Positions 19,178 to 30,334 of a stretch of 64,000 nucleotides of DNA are shown piece by piece (position 1 is the stretch's first letter; the number at the start of each line of letters is the position of its first letter). The stretch is from an uncultured Actinomycetes bacterium. GTDB lineage: Bacteria > Actinomycetota > UBA4738 > HRBIN12. The notes beneath the pieces are model-generated. The model saw only the letters and a list, made by a program, of their open reading frames with translations. It was not told the DNA's origin and made no database searches. The translations under genes were made by a program, and so were the position numbers. The stretch spans positions 458,476 through 522,475 of the forward strand of contig CAVXYE010000018.1 of NCBI GenBank assembly GCA_963765865.1, in the 5' to 3' direction.

Positions 19178-20206
19178 TTATTCCCGGACCCGTCCGATCA
19201 CGGTGATCGACCCCGGTGGACCCGGCACGACCTCGCCGATCTCGGTGAACAGGTCCGTGGACGGGCTCCGATCCGAAGCCACCAGGAGTCCTCCACTCGT
19301 CTGCGCGTCGGCCAACACGATCTGTTCGGGCGGTGTGAGCTCGCCCCACTCGGTGACCTCCTGCAGCCAGGCGTGGTTGCGCTTGGTCCCGCCGGCGACG
19401 ATGTCTCGTCTGGCCAGGTCGAGCACCGTCGGGAGGAGCGGCACGGAACCCGCGTTCACGATCGCAGCGCACCCGCTCGCGTCCAGCATCTTCCTGAGGT
19501 GCCCGAGGAGGCCGAACCCGGTGACGTCCGTCCCCGCTCCCACGCCGGCCGAGACCATCGCGGCGGACGCGTCCGCGTTGAGCGCAGTCATCGTGTTCAC
19601 CGCGAGCCGGGCGACGTCTTCGTCCGTCTGCCCGCGCTTGATCGCCGTCGTGATGAGCCCGGTCCCGATCGGCTTCGAGAGGTACAGATGCATCCCCGGT
19701 CGTGCCGTGGAGTTGCGGACGATCGCGTCCGTCTCGACGAAGCCGATGGCCACCATCCCGAACAGCGGTTCTCGCTCGGTGGTGATCGTGTGCCCGCCGA
19801 CCACCGCCGCGCCGGCCTCGAGGACGATCTGGCGAGCACCCGCCAAGACCTCGGCGAGCAGCTCGAGCGGGAGCTCGTCGACCGGCCATCCCGCCACGTT
19901 CAAAGCGAGCCGCGGCGACCCGCCCATCGCGTACACGTCACTGAGTGCGTTGGCGGCCGCGATCCGGCCCCAGTCGCCGGGGTCGTCGACCAACGGCGTG
20001 AAGAAGTCGAGGGTGAGCACCAGTCCGGTTCCATCCGTGAGGCGGTACACGGCGGCGTCATCGCCGGTCTCCTCCGACACGAGGACGTCCTCAGGCTTCG
20101 TGGTCGGGCCGAGCAGATCGAGCACCCGCGTGAGCTCCCGCGGGCCGAGCTTGCACGCGCATCCCGCCCCGTGGCTGAACGACGTGAGGCGAAGCGCTTG
20201 CACCAT
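19178..20206 (-). CDS. selD: selenide, water dikinase (selenophosphate synthetase), Cys form
   Basis: N-terminal SHGAGCACK (Cys at the Sec/Cys position), DAAVY, PurM-like fold. Stop of fabI and this ATG are arranged TGAtcATG. Confidence 0.85.
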   Translation of the reverse strand: MVQALRLTSFSHGAGCACKLGPRELTRVLDLLGPTTKPEDVLVSEETGDDAAVYRLTDGTGLVLTLDFFTPLVDDPGDWGRIAAANALSDVYAMGGSPRLALNVAGWPVDELPLELLAEVLAGARQIVLEAGAAVVGGHTITTEREPLFGMVAIGFVETDAIVRNSTARPGMHLYLSKPIGTGLITTAIKRGQTDEDVARLAVNTMTALNADASAAMVSAGVGAGTDVTGFGLLGHLRKMLDASGCAAIVNAGSVPLLPTVLDLARRDIVAGGTKRNHAWLQEVTEWGELTPPEQIVLADAQTSGGLLVASDRSPSTDLFTEIGEVVPGPPGSITVIGRVRE

Positions 20207-20208
20207 GA

Positions 20209-20983
20209 TCAGACCAGGTCCGTCCCCATCGCATGGAACCCCCCGTCGACGTGCACGACCTCACCCGTGATGCCCGACGAGAGGTCCGACAGGAGGAACG
20301 CGACGGTGTTCCCCACCGGGGTCGGGTCCTCCACGTCCCAACCGAGCGGCGCGCGACGGCTCCACGAACCGCTGATCTGATCGAACCCCGGGATGCCCTT
20401 GCCCGCCATCGTCTTGATCGGGCCGGCGCTCACCGCGTTGACGCGGATCCCCTTCGGACCGAGGTCGCGGGCGAGGTACCGCGTGACGGATTCGAGACCG
20501 GCCTTGGCGACGCCCATCCAGTCATAGATGGGCCATGCCACGGTCGCATCGAAGTCGAGCGACACGATCGCGCCGCCGTCGCCCATCGACGGCAGCAGCC
20601 CGACCGCGAGCGCCTTCAGTGAGAACGCGCTGGTCTGCACGGCTGTGGCGACGCTGTCCCAGGGCGTATTCAGGAAATTGCCTCCCAACGCATCTTGGGG
20701 GGCGAAGGCGATCGCGTGGAGGAAACCATCGAGGCGTCCCCATCGCTGTTGGAGCTCTTCACAGACCGCGGCGATCTGCTCGTCGGAGTTCGCGTCCATC
20801 TCCAGGACGTCCGGCGTCGTGGGGAGCCGCTTGGCCGTCTTCTGGGTGAGGCTGACGGTGCGTCCGAAGTTCGTCAGGACGATCTCCGCGCCCTGCTCCT
20901 GAGCGGATCTTCGCGGCCGCGAACGCGATCGACTGCGGCGTGAGCACGCCGGTGATCAGCAGCTTCTTCCCCTCCAGCAGCAT
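20209..20983 (-). pseudogene. fabI: enoyl-[ACP] reductase FabI/InhA; apparent 1-bp insertion near 20905
   Basis: MLLEGKKLLITGVLTPQSIAFAAAKI then out of frame. Removing one C restores ...AQEQGAEIVLTNFGR... joining the InhA-like C-terminal ORF (SAGPIKT...VHVDGGFH). Confidence 0.8.
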
Positions 20984-20992
20984 CGGTCGCTC

Positions 20993-21283
20993 CTATCCGG
21001 CCTTCGTCGCCTTCCAGGTCACGTTGCCATGATCGTCGGTCTGCGTGACCTCGATCGTCAGGGTCGTGCCGGCCGCGCTCGTCGCTGTGCACTGGAAGGT
21101 CGCGCCCGCCTTCACGGGCTCATCGTCTGGGCAATCGACGGTGATCCCGTGCGTGCCGAGCTGCTGCTCGACCTGCGTAGCGAGCTTCTCTTCCAGGCCG
21201 TTCGCATCGAGGGTCTTCGTACGGCTGCACCCGCCCACCAGCGCGAGCGACGCGAGGAGAACCACCACGCTGCGCTTGTGCAC
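20993..21283 (-). CDS. DUF4333-like lipoprotein
   Basis: GTG start with GAAAGGG RBS. Lipobox LALVGGC. Confidence 0.6.
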   Translation of the reverse strand: MHKRSVVVLLASLALVGGCSRTKTLDANGLEEKLATQVEQQLGTHGITVDCPDDEPVKAGATFQCTATSAAGTTLTIEVTQTDDHGNVTWKATKAG

Positions 21284-21359
21284 GCGCCATGCCCTTTCCG
21301 GTCGAGGCTCGGTCGACGGCGGGCCCGAGCCTAGCCCCCCACGGGTAGCATCGGCCACC

Positions 21360-22073
21360 ATGGACCTCGGGATCGACGGCAAGGTTGCGCTCGTCACCGC
21401 CGCCTCGAAGGGACTCGGGCGCGGCGCGGCGGCCGCGCTCGCGGCCGAGGGATGCCGTGTCGCGATCTGTGCGCGCGACCCCGAACGGCTGGCCGAGACC
21501 GCGAACGAGCTGCCGGGCGAGATCCTCGCGCTGCCCGCCGACGTCACCGAGCCCGCCGCGCCGCGGCGGCTCGTCGATGCCACCGTGGAGCGGTTCGGAC
21601 GCCTCGACATCGTCGTCGCCAACGCCGGCGGCCCGCCTCGCGCTCGCGCGCTGGAGGTCACCGACGACGGCATGATCGACGCCGTGAACGCGAACATGCT
21701 CGCGTCGATCAGGCTCGTCCGGGCCTCGCTCCCTCATCTCCGCTCGGCGGGCTGGGGCCGGATCGTGCTCATCGCGTCGCAAGCGATCAAGCAGCCGATC
21801 CCCGACCTCGCGTACTCGAACGCCGCCCGGACGGGCCTGTGGGCGTGGGCGAAGACCGCGGCGCAAGATCTGATCGACGATGGGATCACGCTGAACGTTC
21901 TGTGTCCGGGGCTCCATGCCACCGATCGCGTCGCGGAGCTCGGGCACGAGGGACGTCTCGGCGATCCCGCGGACTTCGGGCGGGTGGCCGCGTTCCTGTG
22001 CTCCGGCCCCGTCGGCTTCCTCTCGGGCGCCGCCATCCAGGTCGACGGCGCGGGTACCCTGGGCCTCTTGTGA
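21360..22073 (+). CDS. SDR family oxidoreductase
   Basis: TAASKGLGRG cofactor motif, YSNAARTG...K catalytic tetrad region. Confidence 0.8.
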   Translation: MDLGIDGKVALVTAASKGLGRGAAAALAAEGCRVAICARDPERLAETANELPGEILALPADVTEPAAPRRLVDATVERFGRLDIVVANAGGPPRARALEVTDDGMIDAVNANMLASIRLVRASLPHLRSAGWGRIVLIASQAIKQPIPDLAYSNAARTGLWAWAKTAAQDLIDDGITLNVLCPGLHATDRVAELGHEGRLGDPADFGRVAAFLCSGPVGFLSGAAIQVDGAGTLGLL

Positions 22074-22094
22074 AGCGCGAGAGGGGACGTCCGT

Positions 22095-23745
22095 GATGGC
22101 CAGCGAACAGGTCCGAGACCTCGTGGACCGCTATTGGGAAGGGCTCCTCGAGCGGGACCCGCTGATGGGGACCTTCATCGGGGACGAGCGCTACGACGAC
22201 CGACTCCCCGACATCGGAGCGGCCGGCCGCGCCGAGGAGGAAGAGGCCTCTCGCGAGGCGCTGACGGCGCTCAGCGCCTTCGACCTCGAGACGCTCGACG
22301 ACGCGGACCGTGCCGACGCCGACGTGATGCGCGCGATCTGCGAGCGCTCGCTCGCTCGGATCGAGCAGCGGATCGACCGCTTCGAGGTGGTGAACCACAT
22401 GCACGGGGCCGGCACGCTGCTCGCTCAGGTCGCCTCCCTCCAGCGAGCCGACACGCCCGAGCGCGTCGATCGCTACGAAGCCCGGCTCCGGGCGTTCCCC
22501 GAGATGCTGGATACCGCGATCGAGATCGCGCGGGAGGCGGTGGCCACGGGCGTCGTCACGCCCCGGATCGTCGCCGAGCGCGCGCTCGCGCAGCTCGATC
22601 GGATCCTCGCGCTGGCACCGGACGACTCGCCGGCGATGCTCCCCCTGGGCGACGACGCAGCGGTCAAGGACCGGATCGCGGCCACCGTGCGCGACGTCCT
22701 GTACCCGGCCCACGCGCGGTTCCGCGACGTCGTCCGCGACGAGTACCTGCCCGCGTCCACCCGGACGATCGGCATGTCCGCGCTCCCGGGCGGTGAGGGG
22801 ATGTACAAGGCCGAGGTCCTCGGCTGGACCAGCCTCGATCTCGATCCGAAGACCGTGCATGAGCTCGGGGTGGAGCGGTTCGAGCAGATCCAGACGGAGC
22901 GGGACGTCGTGGCTGCGGAGCTCGGGTTCGCCACGCCGGCCGACGCGATCGCCGACCGAACCGCGCGAGGGGAGAACACGCTCCCCAGCCCCGAGGCCCT
23001 GGTCGCGATGGCAGAGGATCAGGTCCGTCGCAGCTGGGAGATCGCTCCCTCATTCTTCGGACGGCTCCCGAGCGCCAACTGCCAGGTCCGCCGGGTCGAG
23101 GAGTTCCGTGAGGCCGACGAGCCGTTCGCGTTCTACAACCCGCCGACCGAAGACCGCTCTCGTCCCGGGATCTACTACATCAACGCGTACGACCTCCCGG
23201 ATCGCGCGATGCACCACGTCGCGTCGGTCACCTACCACGAGGCGAACCCCGGCCACCATTTCCAGATCGCGCTCGAACAGGAGACGCCCGGACGCTCGGC
23301 GCTCCGCCGGTTCGGCGGCGCGTTCGCCGGGAGCGCGTACTGCGAGGGCTGGGGCCTCTATTCCGAGCGGCTCGCCGACGAGATGGGGCTCTATCTGGAC
23401 GGATGGGAGCGGCTCGGCATGCTCGACAACCAGGCGCATCGCGCGGCCCGGCTGATCACGGACACGGGGATCCACATGTTGGGGTGGACCCGCGAAGCAT
23501 CCATCGCGAAACTCGAGGAGGCCGGCCAGACCCACACCGATGCCGTGATCGAGGTCGACCGCTACATCGGGATGCCGGGGCAAGCGCTCTGCTACATGGT
23601 CGGGATGATCGAGATCGAGAAGGCACGCGACGCCACGCGGGAGCGGGAGGGCGCCGCCTTCTCGTTGCGAGACTTCCACGATCGCGTGCTGGCGGTCGGG
23701 CAGCTGCCGCTGCCCTCGTTCCGCCGCGCCTTCGGCACCTCCTGA
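22095..23745 (+). CDS. DUF885 family protein (putative metallopeptidase-like)
   Basis: 549 aa. HEANPGHHFQ zinc-binding-like motif characteristic of DUF885. Confidence 0.7.
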
Positions 23746-24937
23746 TCACTCGGCCGAACGCCAGGCTTCGCGGATCCGCACACGCCCGCGGGTCCGCAGG
23801 ACCGCGCCCGAATACAGTCGGGCCGCGAACGGCACCAGGAGGACCGTCGAGCCGACGAGGACGATCAACGACAGCACGATCTGCCATCCGGGAGCCGCGC
23901 CCAAGACGATCCGCACCGGCATCGCGAGCGCGGAGGAGGTCGGCAGGATCGACGCGATCACCTGTAAACGACCGTTCGGATCCTCGAGCGCGCCGATCGA
24001 GATGAAGAACGAGACGAGGATCGTCAGGTTGATCGGGACGATCACGTTCTGCAGTTCCTCCATCCGTGTCACCAGCGATCCGGCCGCCGCGAACAACGTC
24101 GCGTAGAAGGCGAAGCCGAGGATGAACCATCCGATCACGAGCCCGGCCGCACCGAACGCGCTCGACGACACGTTGATCGCGTTCGTCGCGAACGCGAGTC
24201 CGATCGCGAACGATGAGATCACGATCAACTGCGCCAGGCCGAGCGTGCCGATGCCGACGATCTTCCCCAGGAGGAGCTGTTTCGGGCGGATCGCGGAGAG
24301 CAGCATCTCGACCACCCGCGAGGCCTTCTCCTCGATCACGCCGCTCGCGACCCAGATCCCGTACCCGAAGAGCTGCCCGTAGAGCAGGAGCACACCGACG
24401 AAGGCGACGGCGGCGTTCTCGCTGCGGTGGGGCGGAGCCGGCTGCAGGACGGCGAGCACCAGGGGCGTCGGGTCGTTCGCCGCATCGCGTTCGGTCTGCG
24501 GGACCTGGTGCTCGTCCAGCAGCGCCGTCACCGCGGCGTTCCTCGCGGATGCCTCCACGAGGCTCGAGAGCACGTCGGGGATGCCGGTGAAGCCGATCAG
24601 CTCGTTCGCGTCGATGACGGCATCGACCGAGCCGTCCCGCAGGGCTGCGTCGGCGGTCGCCCGGTCGGCGAAGGCACGGACCGCGATCGGGTATCGGTGG
24701 CTGTGCGTCGTGGCCGAGCTGTGCCGCGCCCGTCGCGATGGACGAGGGGCCCACGTACCCGAGGTCGAACGACGGCCCCGCGCCGCCCGCGCTGGACGCG
24801 CGCGCGAGGACGAGGATCGAGATCACGGCGATGTTGATCAACGTGGAGAACAAGAAGCTGCGCTCGCGGATCCTCACCCAGAAGTCGCGACGCGCCACGA
24901 GCCGCCAGGTGCCGCGGTCGGTGGGCTCCGAGCTCAC
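23746..24937 (-). pseudogene. ABC-2 type transporter permease; apparent frameshift near 24700
   Basis: GTG start overlapping the ATPase stop (GTGA). N-terminal TM (FLFSTLINIAVISILVLA) in one frame, remaining TM helices in the 23746..24573 frame. Confidence 0.65.
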
Positions 24938-25863
24938 TCCGCGACCACCTCGCGGAAGAGCTCCGCGAGCGAGGGGCGAACCGGGCCGAACGACACGACG
25001 TCGCCCTCTGCGCGGGCAAGATCCAGGACGCGTTGCGGATCCGCCTCCACGCTCAGTTCCAGCACGACGGCCCCGTCGTCCTGACCCGCGAGCGAGACAC
25101 CGGGCACGACCCCCCACCATCCCTGCGTCGCCGCCGGAACCTCGACCCGCCAGAGGTTGCGCGCCCGCATCGCGCGGAGCTCATGGATCGACCCCCGCGC
25201 GACGATGCGCCCGCGGTCGATCAGCACGACCTCATCGCAGAGCCGTTCGACCAGCTCGAGCTGATGGCTCGAGAAGACGACCGGGACGCCCCGGTCGCGC
25301 GCCTGCCCGCGGAGCACGTCCGCCAGGACATCCACCCCGACCGGGTCCAGCCCCGAGAACGGCTCATCGAGGACCAGGACGTCGGGCTCGTGGACGAGCG
25401 CGGCTGCCAGCTGGACGCGTTGCTGGTTCCCCAACGACAGGGTCTCCATGCGATCGTTCGGATCACCGACGACCTCGAGGAGCTCGAGGAGCTCCGTGGC
25501 GCGGCTGCGCGCCACGCCCTTGGGCGTGCCGCGCAGCCGCGCCAGGTACACCAGCTGTTCGCGCACCCGCATCTTCGGGTACAGCCCGCGTTCCTCGGGC
25601 ATGTAGCCGAAGCGTCGTCGGGTCACGGCGTCGACGGGCCGTCCTCGCCATTCGACCTGGCCGGCGTCGGCGTGGAGCACCCCGAGCGCGATGCGCATCG
25701 TCGTCGTCTTGCCCGACCCGTTGCGCCCGACGAACCCCACGATCCGTCCCTCGGGGACCTCGAAGGACACGCCATCGAGCGCGACGACGTCGTCGAACCG
25801 ACGGCGGAGATCGATCAGCTCGAGCACGGGCGAAGCCAGGATAGGCGAGGGAGAACCTGGCAC
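24934..25863 (-). CDS. ABC transporter ATP-binding protein
   Basis: Walker A GRNGSGKTT. Signature LSLGNQQRV. Walker B VLVLDEPFSGLD. Confidence 0.85.
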   Translation of the reverse strand: MPGSPSPILASPVLELIDLRRRFDDVVALDGVSFEVPEGRIVGFVGRNGSGKTTTMRIALGVLHADAGQVEWRGRPVDAVTRRRFGYMPEERGLYPKMRVREQLVYLARLRGTPKGVARSRATELLELLEVVGDPNDRMETLSLGNQQRVQLAAALVHEPDVLVLDEPFSGLDPVGVDVLADVLRGQARDRGVPVVFSSHQLELVERLCDEVVLIDRGRIVARGSIHELRAMRARNLWRVEVPAATQGWWGVVPGVSLAGQDDGAVVLELSVEADPQRVLDLARAEGDVVSFGPVRPSLAELFREVVAE

Positions 25864-25905
25864 CGGTACCCCGCCTCCCTCGCGGAGGCGGGGTACCGGC
25901 CGTGG

Positions 25906-28249
25906 TCAGGCCGCGGTGACGGACGTCGGCGCCGGCTCGCCGAGCGCCACGCCCAAGACGTCCCGGACGTCGTCGGCGAGGTGGAACCGCATCTCGGCGC
26001 GGACCTGCTCCGGGACGTCGTCCAGATCGCCTTCGTTCCGCTTCGGCAGGATGACCTCCGTGAGTCCCGCCCGGTGCGCGGCGAGCACCTTCTGCTTCAC
26101 GCCGCCGATCGGCAGGACCCGACCCTGGAGGGTGACCTCGCCGGTCATCCCGACGGCCGGCCTGACCGTCTCGCCGGTGAGCAGCGAGACGAGCGCGGTC
26201 GTCATCGTGACCCCGGCGCTCGGTCCGTCCTTCGGAACCGCACCCGCGGGCACGTGGACGTGGAACCGGCCGGTGAGCCGGCCCGGGTTCGATCCCGAGC
26301 TCCGTCGCGTGCGAGCGGACGAACGACAGGGCGATCTGCGCCGATTCCTTCATCACGTCGCCGAGCTGCCCGGTCAGGGTCAGCCCCTCGCCCTCGTCCT
26401 CACGCGTGGCCTCGATGAACAAGACGTCCCCACCCGTGCCGGTCACGGCGAGGCCCGTCGCGACGCCCGGGACCGAGGTCCGTTCGGCCATCTCTTCGAA
26501 GGAGAAGCGCTGGCGGCCCAGATAGCCCCGCACGTCGTCGCGGTCGACGACGACCGGAGCCACCGTGTCGCCCGCGGCGAGCTTCGTCGCGACCTTGCGG
26601 AAGGTCTTGCCCAGCTCTCGCTCCAGGTTGCGAACGCCCGCTTCCCGCGTGTACGACGCCACGATCTCGCGGAGGGCATCGTCCGTGACACTCACTTCGT
26701 CCTCTCGGAGCCCGTTGCGCTCGATCTGCCGCGGCATCAGGTGATGCCGAGCGATCGCGACCTTCTCGTCCTCCGTGTACCCGTCGAGCCGGAGCACCTC
26801 CATCCGGTCGAGCAACGGTCCCGGGATCGTCTCGGCGACGTTGCCCGTCGCGACGAACAGCACCTCAGACAGGTCGAGATCGACGTCGAGGTAGTGGTCG
26901 CGGAAGGTGTGGTTCTGCGCCGGGTCGAGCACCTCGAGGAGCGCCGAGGAGGGGTCGCCGCGCCAGTCGGCTCCGACCTTGTCGATCTCATCGAGCATCA
27001 TCACGGGGTTCTTCGTCCCCGCGTCCTTCAGCGCGCGCACGATCCGTCCCGGCAGCGCACCGACGTACGTCCGGCGGTGGCCGCGGATCTCGGCCTCGTC
27101 GTGCACGCCACCGAGGGAGACGCGGACGAACTTCCGTCCGAGCGCACGCGCGACCGACTCGCCGAGCGACGTCTTGCCGACACCGGGAGGTCCGATCAGG
27201 GTGAGGATCGCGCCGGATCCTCGTCCGCCCTCTTCCGAGAGCCCACGCTCCGCCCGGAGCTTGCGGACGGCCAGGTATTCGACGATCCGGTCCTTCACGT
27301 CGCCGAGGCCCTCGTGATCCTCGTCGAGGATGCGACGCGCGTCGGTGATGTCCAGGTTGTCCTCGGTGCGCACGTTCCAGGGAAGCTCGGTCATCCAATC
27401 GAGGTACGTGCGGATCCACCCGTACTCGGGCGACTGCTCGGAGGTTCGCTCGAGCCGGCCGAGCTCCCGCTCGGCCTGCTCGCGGACGCCGTCGGGCATC
27501 CCGGACTCCGTGATCTTGGCGCGGAGCGTCTCGATCACGTCCTCCGAACCGTCTTCGCCGAGCTCCTTGCGGATCGCGGCCATCTGCTCGCGCAGGATCG
27601 CCTCGCGCTGACGCTGCTCGAGGCTGTCCGACACCTCGTCGCGGATCTTCTCCTTCACCTGCACCTCGGCGAGGGTGTCCTTCGCCCACTCGAGGACGAG
27701 CTCGAGCCTGCGCTCGACGTCGATCGTCTCGAGGACCTCGACCTTCCGCTCGAAGGAGAGATCCGGCGAGTACCCCGCGATGTCCGCGATCTGTCCGGGA
27801 TCGGACAGGCCCCGGAGGAACTCGGCGACGGCGGGGACGCCCCGGGCCTCGACGATGCTCTCGATCGTCGCGCGATACTCGCGCGCGAGCGTTTCCGCCC
27901 GTTCGGACGCGGGCTCGTCCGCGACGGGCTCGAGCTGAACCCACGTCGCTTCGCCGGTGCCGGCGACGCCGACGCCGATCGTCGCGCGGGCCAGGCCGCG
28001 GATCACGAGCGCCTCCGTCCCGCCCCGGATCTTGCCGAGGTCCTCGATCTTCGCGATCGTCCCGACGCGCGCGTAGCGCCCGTCGAGCCGAGGCACGAGC
28101 ACGAGCAGCCGGTCGTCGTCCGAAGCGGCGGCGTCGACCGCCGCCCTGGCCTCGGGCGACTCCAGCGTGAGCGTCACCACCATGCCCGGCAGGACCACAC
28201 CGGTGGTCAGCGGGAGCAGCGGGAGCGCCAAAGTGTCTAGATCAGCCAT
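25906..28249 (-). pseudogene. lon: ATP-dependent Lon protease (La); apparent frameshift near 26270
   Basis: LON N-domain, AAA+ (GPPGVGKTS) in the long frame. Protease domain with catalytic PKDGPSAG serine in the 25906..26253 frame. Confidence 0.85.
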
Positions 28250-28405
28250 CGAAGTCCCTTTCGCATCGAGCGATTCGCACCTGCAAGAACACGACGCCTC
28301 GCGAGGGCATTCCCGGTCTCGGTGAGGTGATTACATCGTTACATGCTTCATCCGTTCACGAACTTCGACGAACGTTCATGTGTCGTTGTCATCGGGAGGC
28401 CGTAG
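28250..28405. promoter_or_regulatory. divergent lon / ABC-efflux promoter region with AT-richer repeats
   Basis: Direct repeat TTACAT-cg-TTACAT, palindrome GAACGTTC and an imperfect inverted repeat CGTTCACGAAc/TTCGACGAACG. Function unassigned. Confidence 0.25.
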
Positions 28406-29427
28406 GGTGTTCGTGATGGCCGGGGCGATCGTCGTCGAGGGGCTCGTCAAGAGCTTCGGCTCCGTAGAAGCATTGCGTGGCATCGATCTTGATGTTGCGC
28501 CGGGAACCGTCTTCGGCCTGCTGGGGCCCAATGGGGCAGGCAAGACCACTGCGATCCGGATCCTGACGACCCTGCTGCTGCCGGACGGCGGCCGGGCCGA
28601 GGTCGTGGGGCTTGACGTGGTTCGGGACGCGGAGGTCCTCCGGAGCCGTTTCGGGCTGGCCGGGCAGTCGGCGGCCGTCGACGAGAACCTGACCGGTCTC
28701 GAGAACATCGAGATGGTCGGACGGCTGTACCACCTCTCGTCCGCGGAAGCCCGACGACGCGCCGCCGAGATCCTGGAGCGGTTCGGGCTCGCCGACGCCG
28801 CCGACCGTCAGGCCAAGACGTACTCGGGCGGGATGCGGCGCCGGCTCGACGTGGCAGCCAGCCTCGTCGCCCGCCCCGACGTGCTGTTCCTCGACGAGCC
28901 GACCACCGGGCTCGACCCGCGGAGCCGGATCGACCTCTGGGCGATGATCCGTGAGCTGGTCAACGAGGGGAAGACGATCCTGCTCACGACGCAATACCTC
29001 GAGGAGGCCGACAACCTCGCCGACCGGATCGCGGTGATCGACCTCGGCACGGTGATCGCGGAGGGCACGTCGGACGAGCTCAAGGACCAGATCGGCGGCG
29101 AGGTTCTGGAGCTCCACGTCCAGGATCGGGCAGACCTCGCGAGGATCGTCGAGATCCTCGCCGGGATCGGCACCGGCGAGCCGACGCTGCGACCAGGAGG
29201 CCGGAAGGATCCGTATCCCCGTGGGGAGCGCGGGTCCTTCGGCCCTGCTCGACAGCGTGCGCCGGCTCGACGACGGCAGCATCGCGATCGCCGACATCGC
29301 CCTGCATCGCCCGACCCTCGACGACGTGTTCCTGTCGCTCACCGGCCACGCCGCGGAGCAGGAAGAGGAACAGGACGCGGCGGCCACGAAGCGTCGCGGA
29401 AGAGCCCGCGGGGAGGACCGACGATGA
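28406..29427 (+). pseudogene. ABC transporter ATP-binding protein (DrrA-like); apparent frameshift near 29215
   Basis: GTG with GGAGG RBS. Walker A GPNGAGKTT. Signature YSGGMRRRL. C-terminal 68 aa in the 29221..29427 frame. Confidence 0.8.
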
Positions 29428-30267
29428 GGGTCGCGACCCAGCCGTCCTCCGGGGTCGACCTCTCGACCCGGGTCCGGTACGGCTTCGCCGACGGCATGGT
29501 CGTCATGCGCCGGAACCTGCTGCAGATCCTGCGCATCCCGACGGCCCTCGTCTTCGAGTTGGCGCAGCCGATCATGTTCGTGCTGCTGTTCACGATCGTG
29601 TTCGCGGGGAACATCGCGAACCTGCCACCGGGCTTCACGTACGTGATGTTCCTGATGCCGGGGATCTTCGTGCAGAACGCGATCTTCGGATCGACGACCA
29701 CCGCGATCGGTCTCGCGGAGGACATGAAGAAGGGCCTCGTCGACCGGTTCCGGTCGCTCCCGATGGCCCGTTCCGCCGTCCTCGTCGGTCGCACCACTTC
29801 CGACGTGGCGAAGAACCTGATCCTGCTGCTCCTGGTGATCGTCGTCGCCTACCTCGTCGGGTTCAGGTTCCAGAACGGTTTCGTTGGCTGCGATCGGGAT
29901 GATCGCGCTCGTGCTCTCGGTCGGGTTCGTCTTCTCCTGGATCTCCGCCGTGGTCGCACTCGCGATCAAGCAGGTCGAGGGCGTCCAGGCGGCGATGTTC
30001 ACCGGCATCTTCCCCATCGTGTTCGTGAGCGCGGCGCTCGTGCCGGTCATCGGGATGGCCTCGTGGATCCAGCCGATCGCCGAACACAACCCGGTCACGG
30101 TCTGGGCCAACACCGCGCGCGTACTCGCGCTCGGCGACGTGGCGATCCCTCCGAACTACGGACCCCAGACCCTGCAGGCTCTGATCGTCACCTCGATCAT
30201 CTGGATCGCGGCCCTGCTCTTGGTCTTCGTGCCGCTCGCGATCAGGATGTATCGGAAGCTCACCTGA
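29424..30267 (+). pseudogene. ABC-2 type permease (DrrB-like); apparent frameshift near 29880
   Basis: ATGA overlap with the ATPase. N-terminal TM helices then frame change into the 29884..30267 ORF. Confidence 0.7.
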
Positions 30268-30334
30268 GGGAACAAGGGCGGTTCCGGTTGGGTTGCACAA
30301 CGTAACCCGTCCGCCCGTCGTCAAAGGGGGTTCG

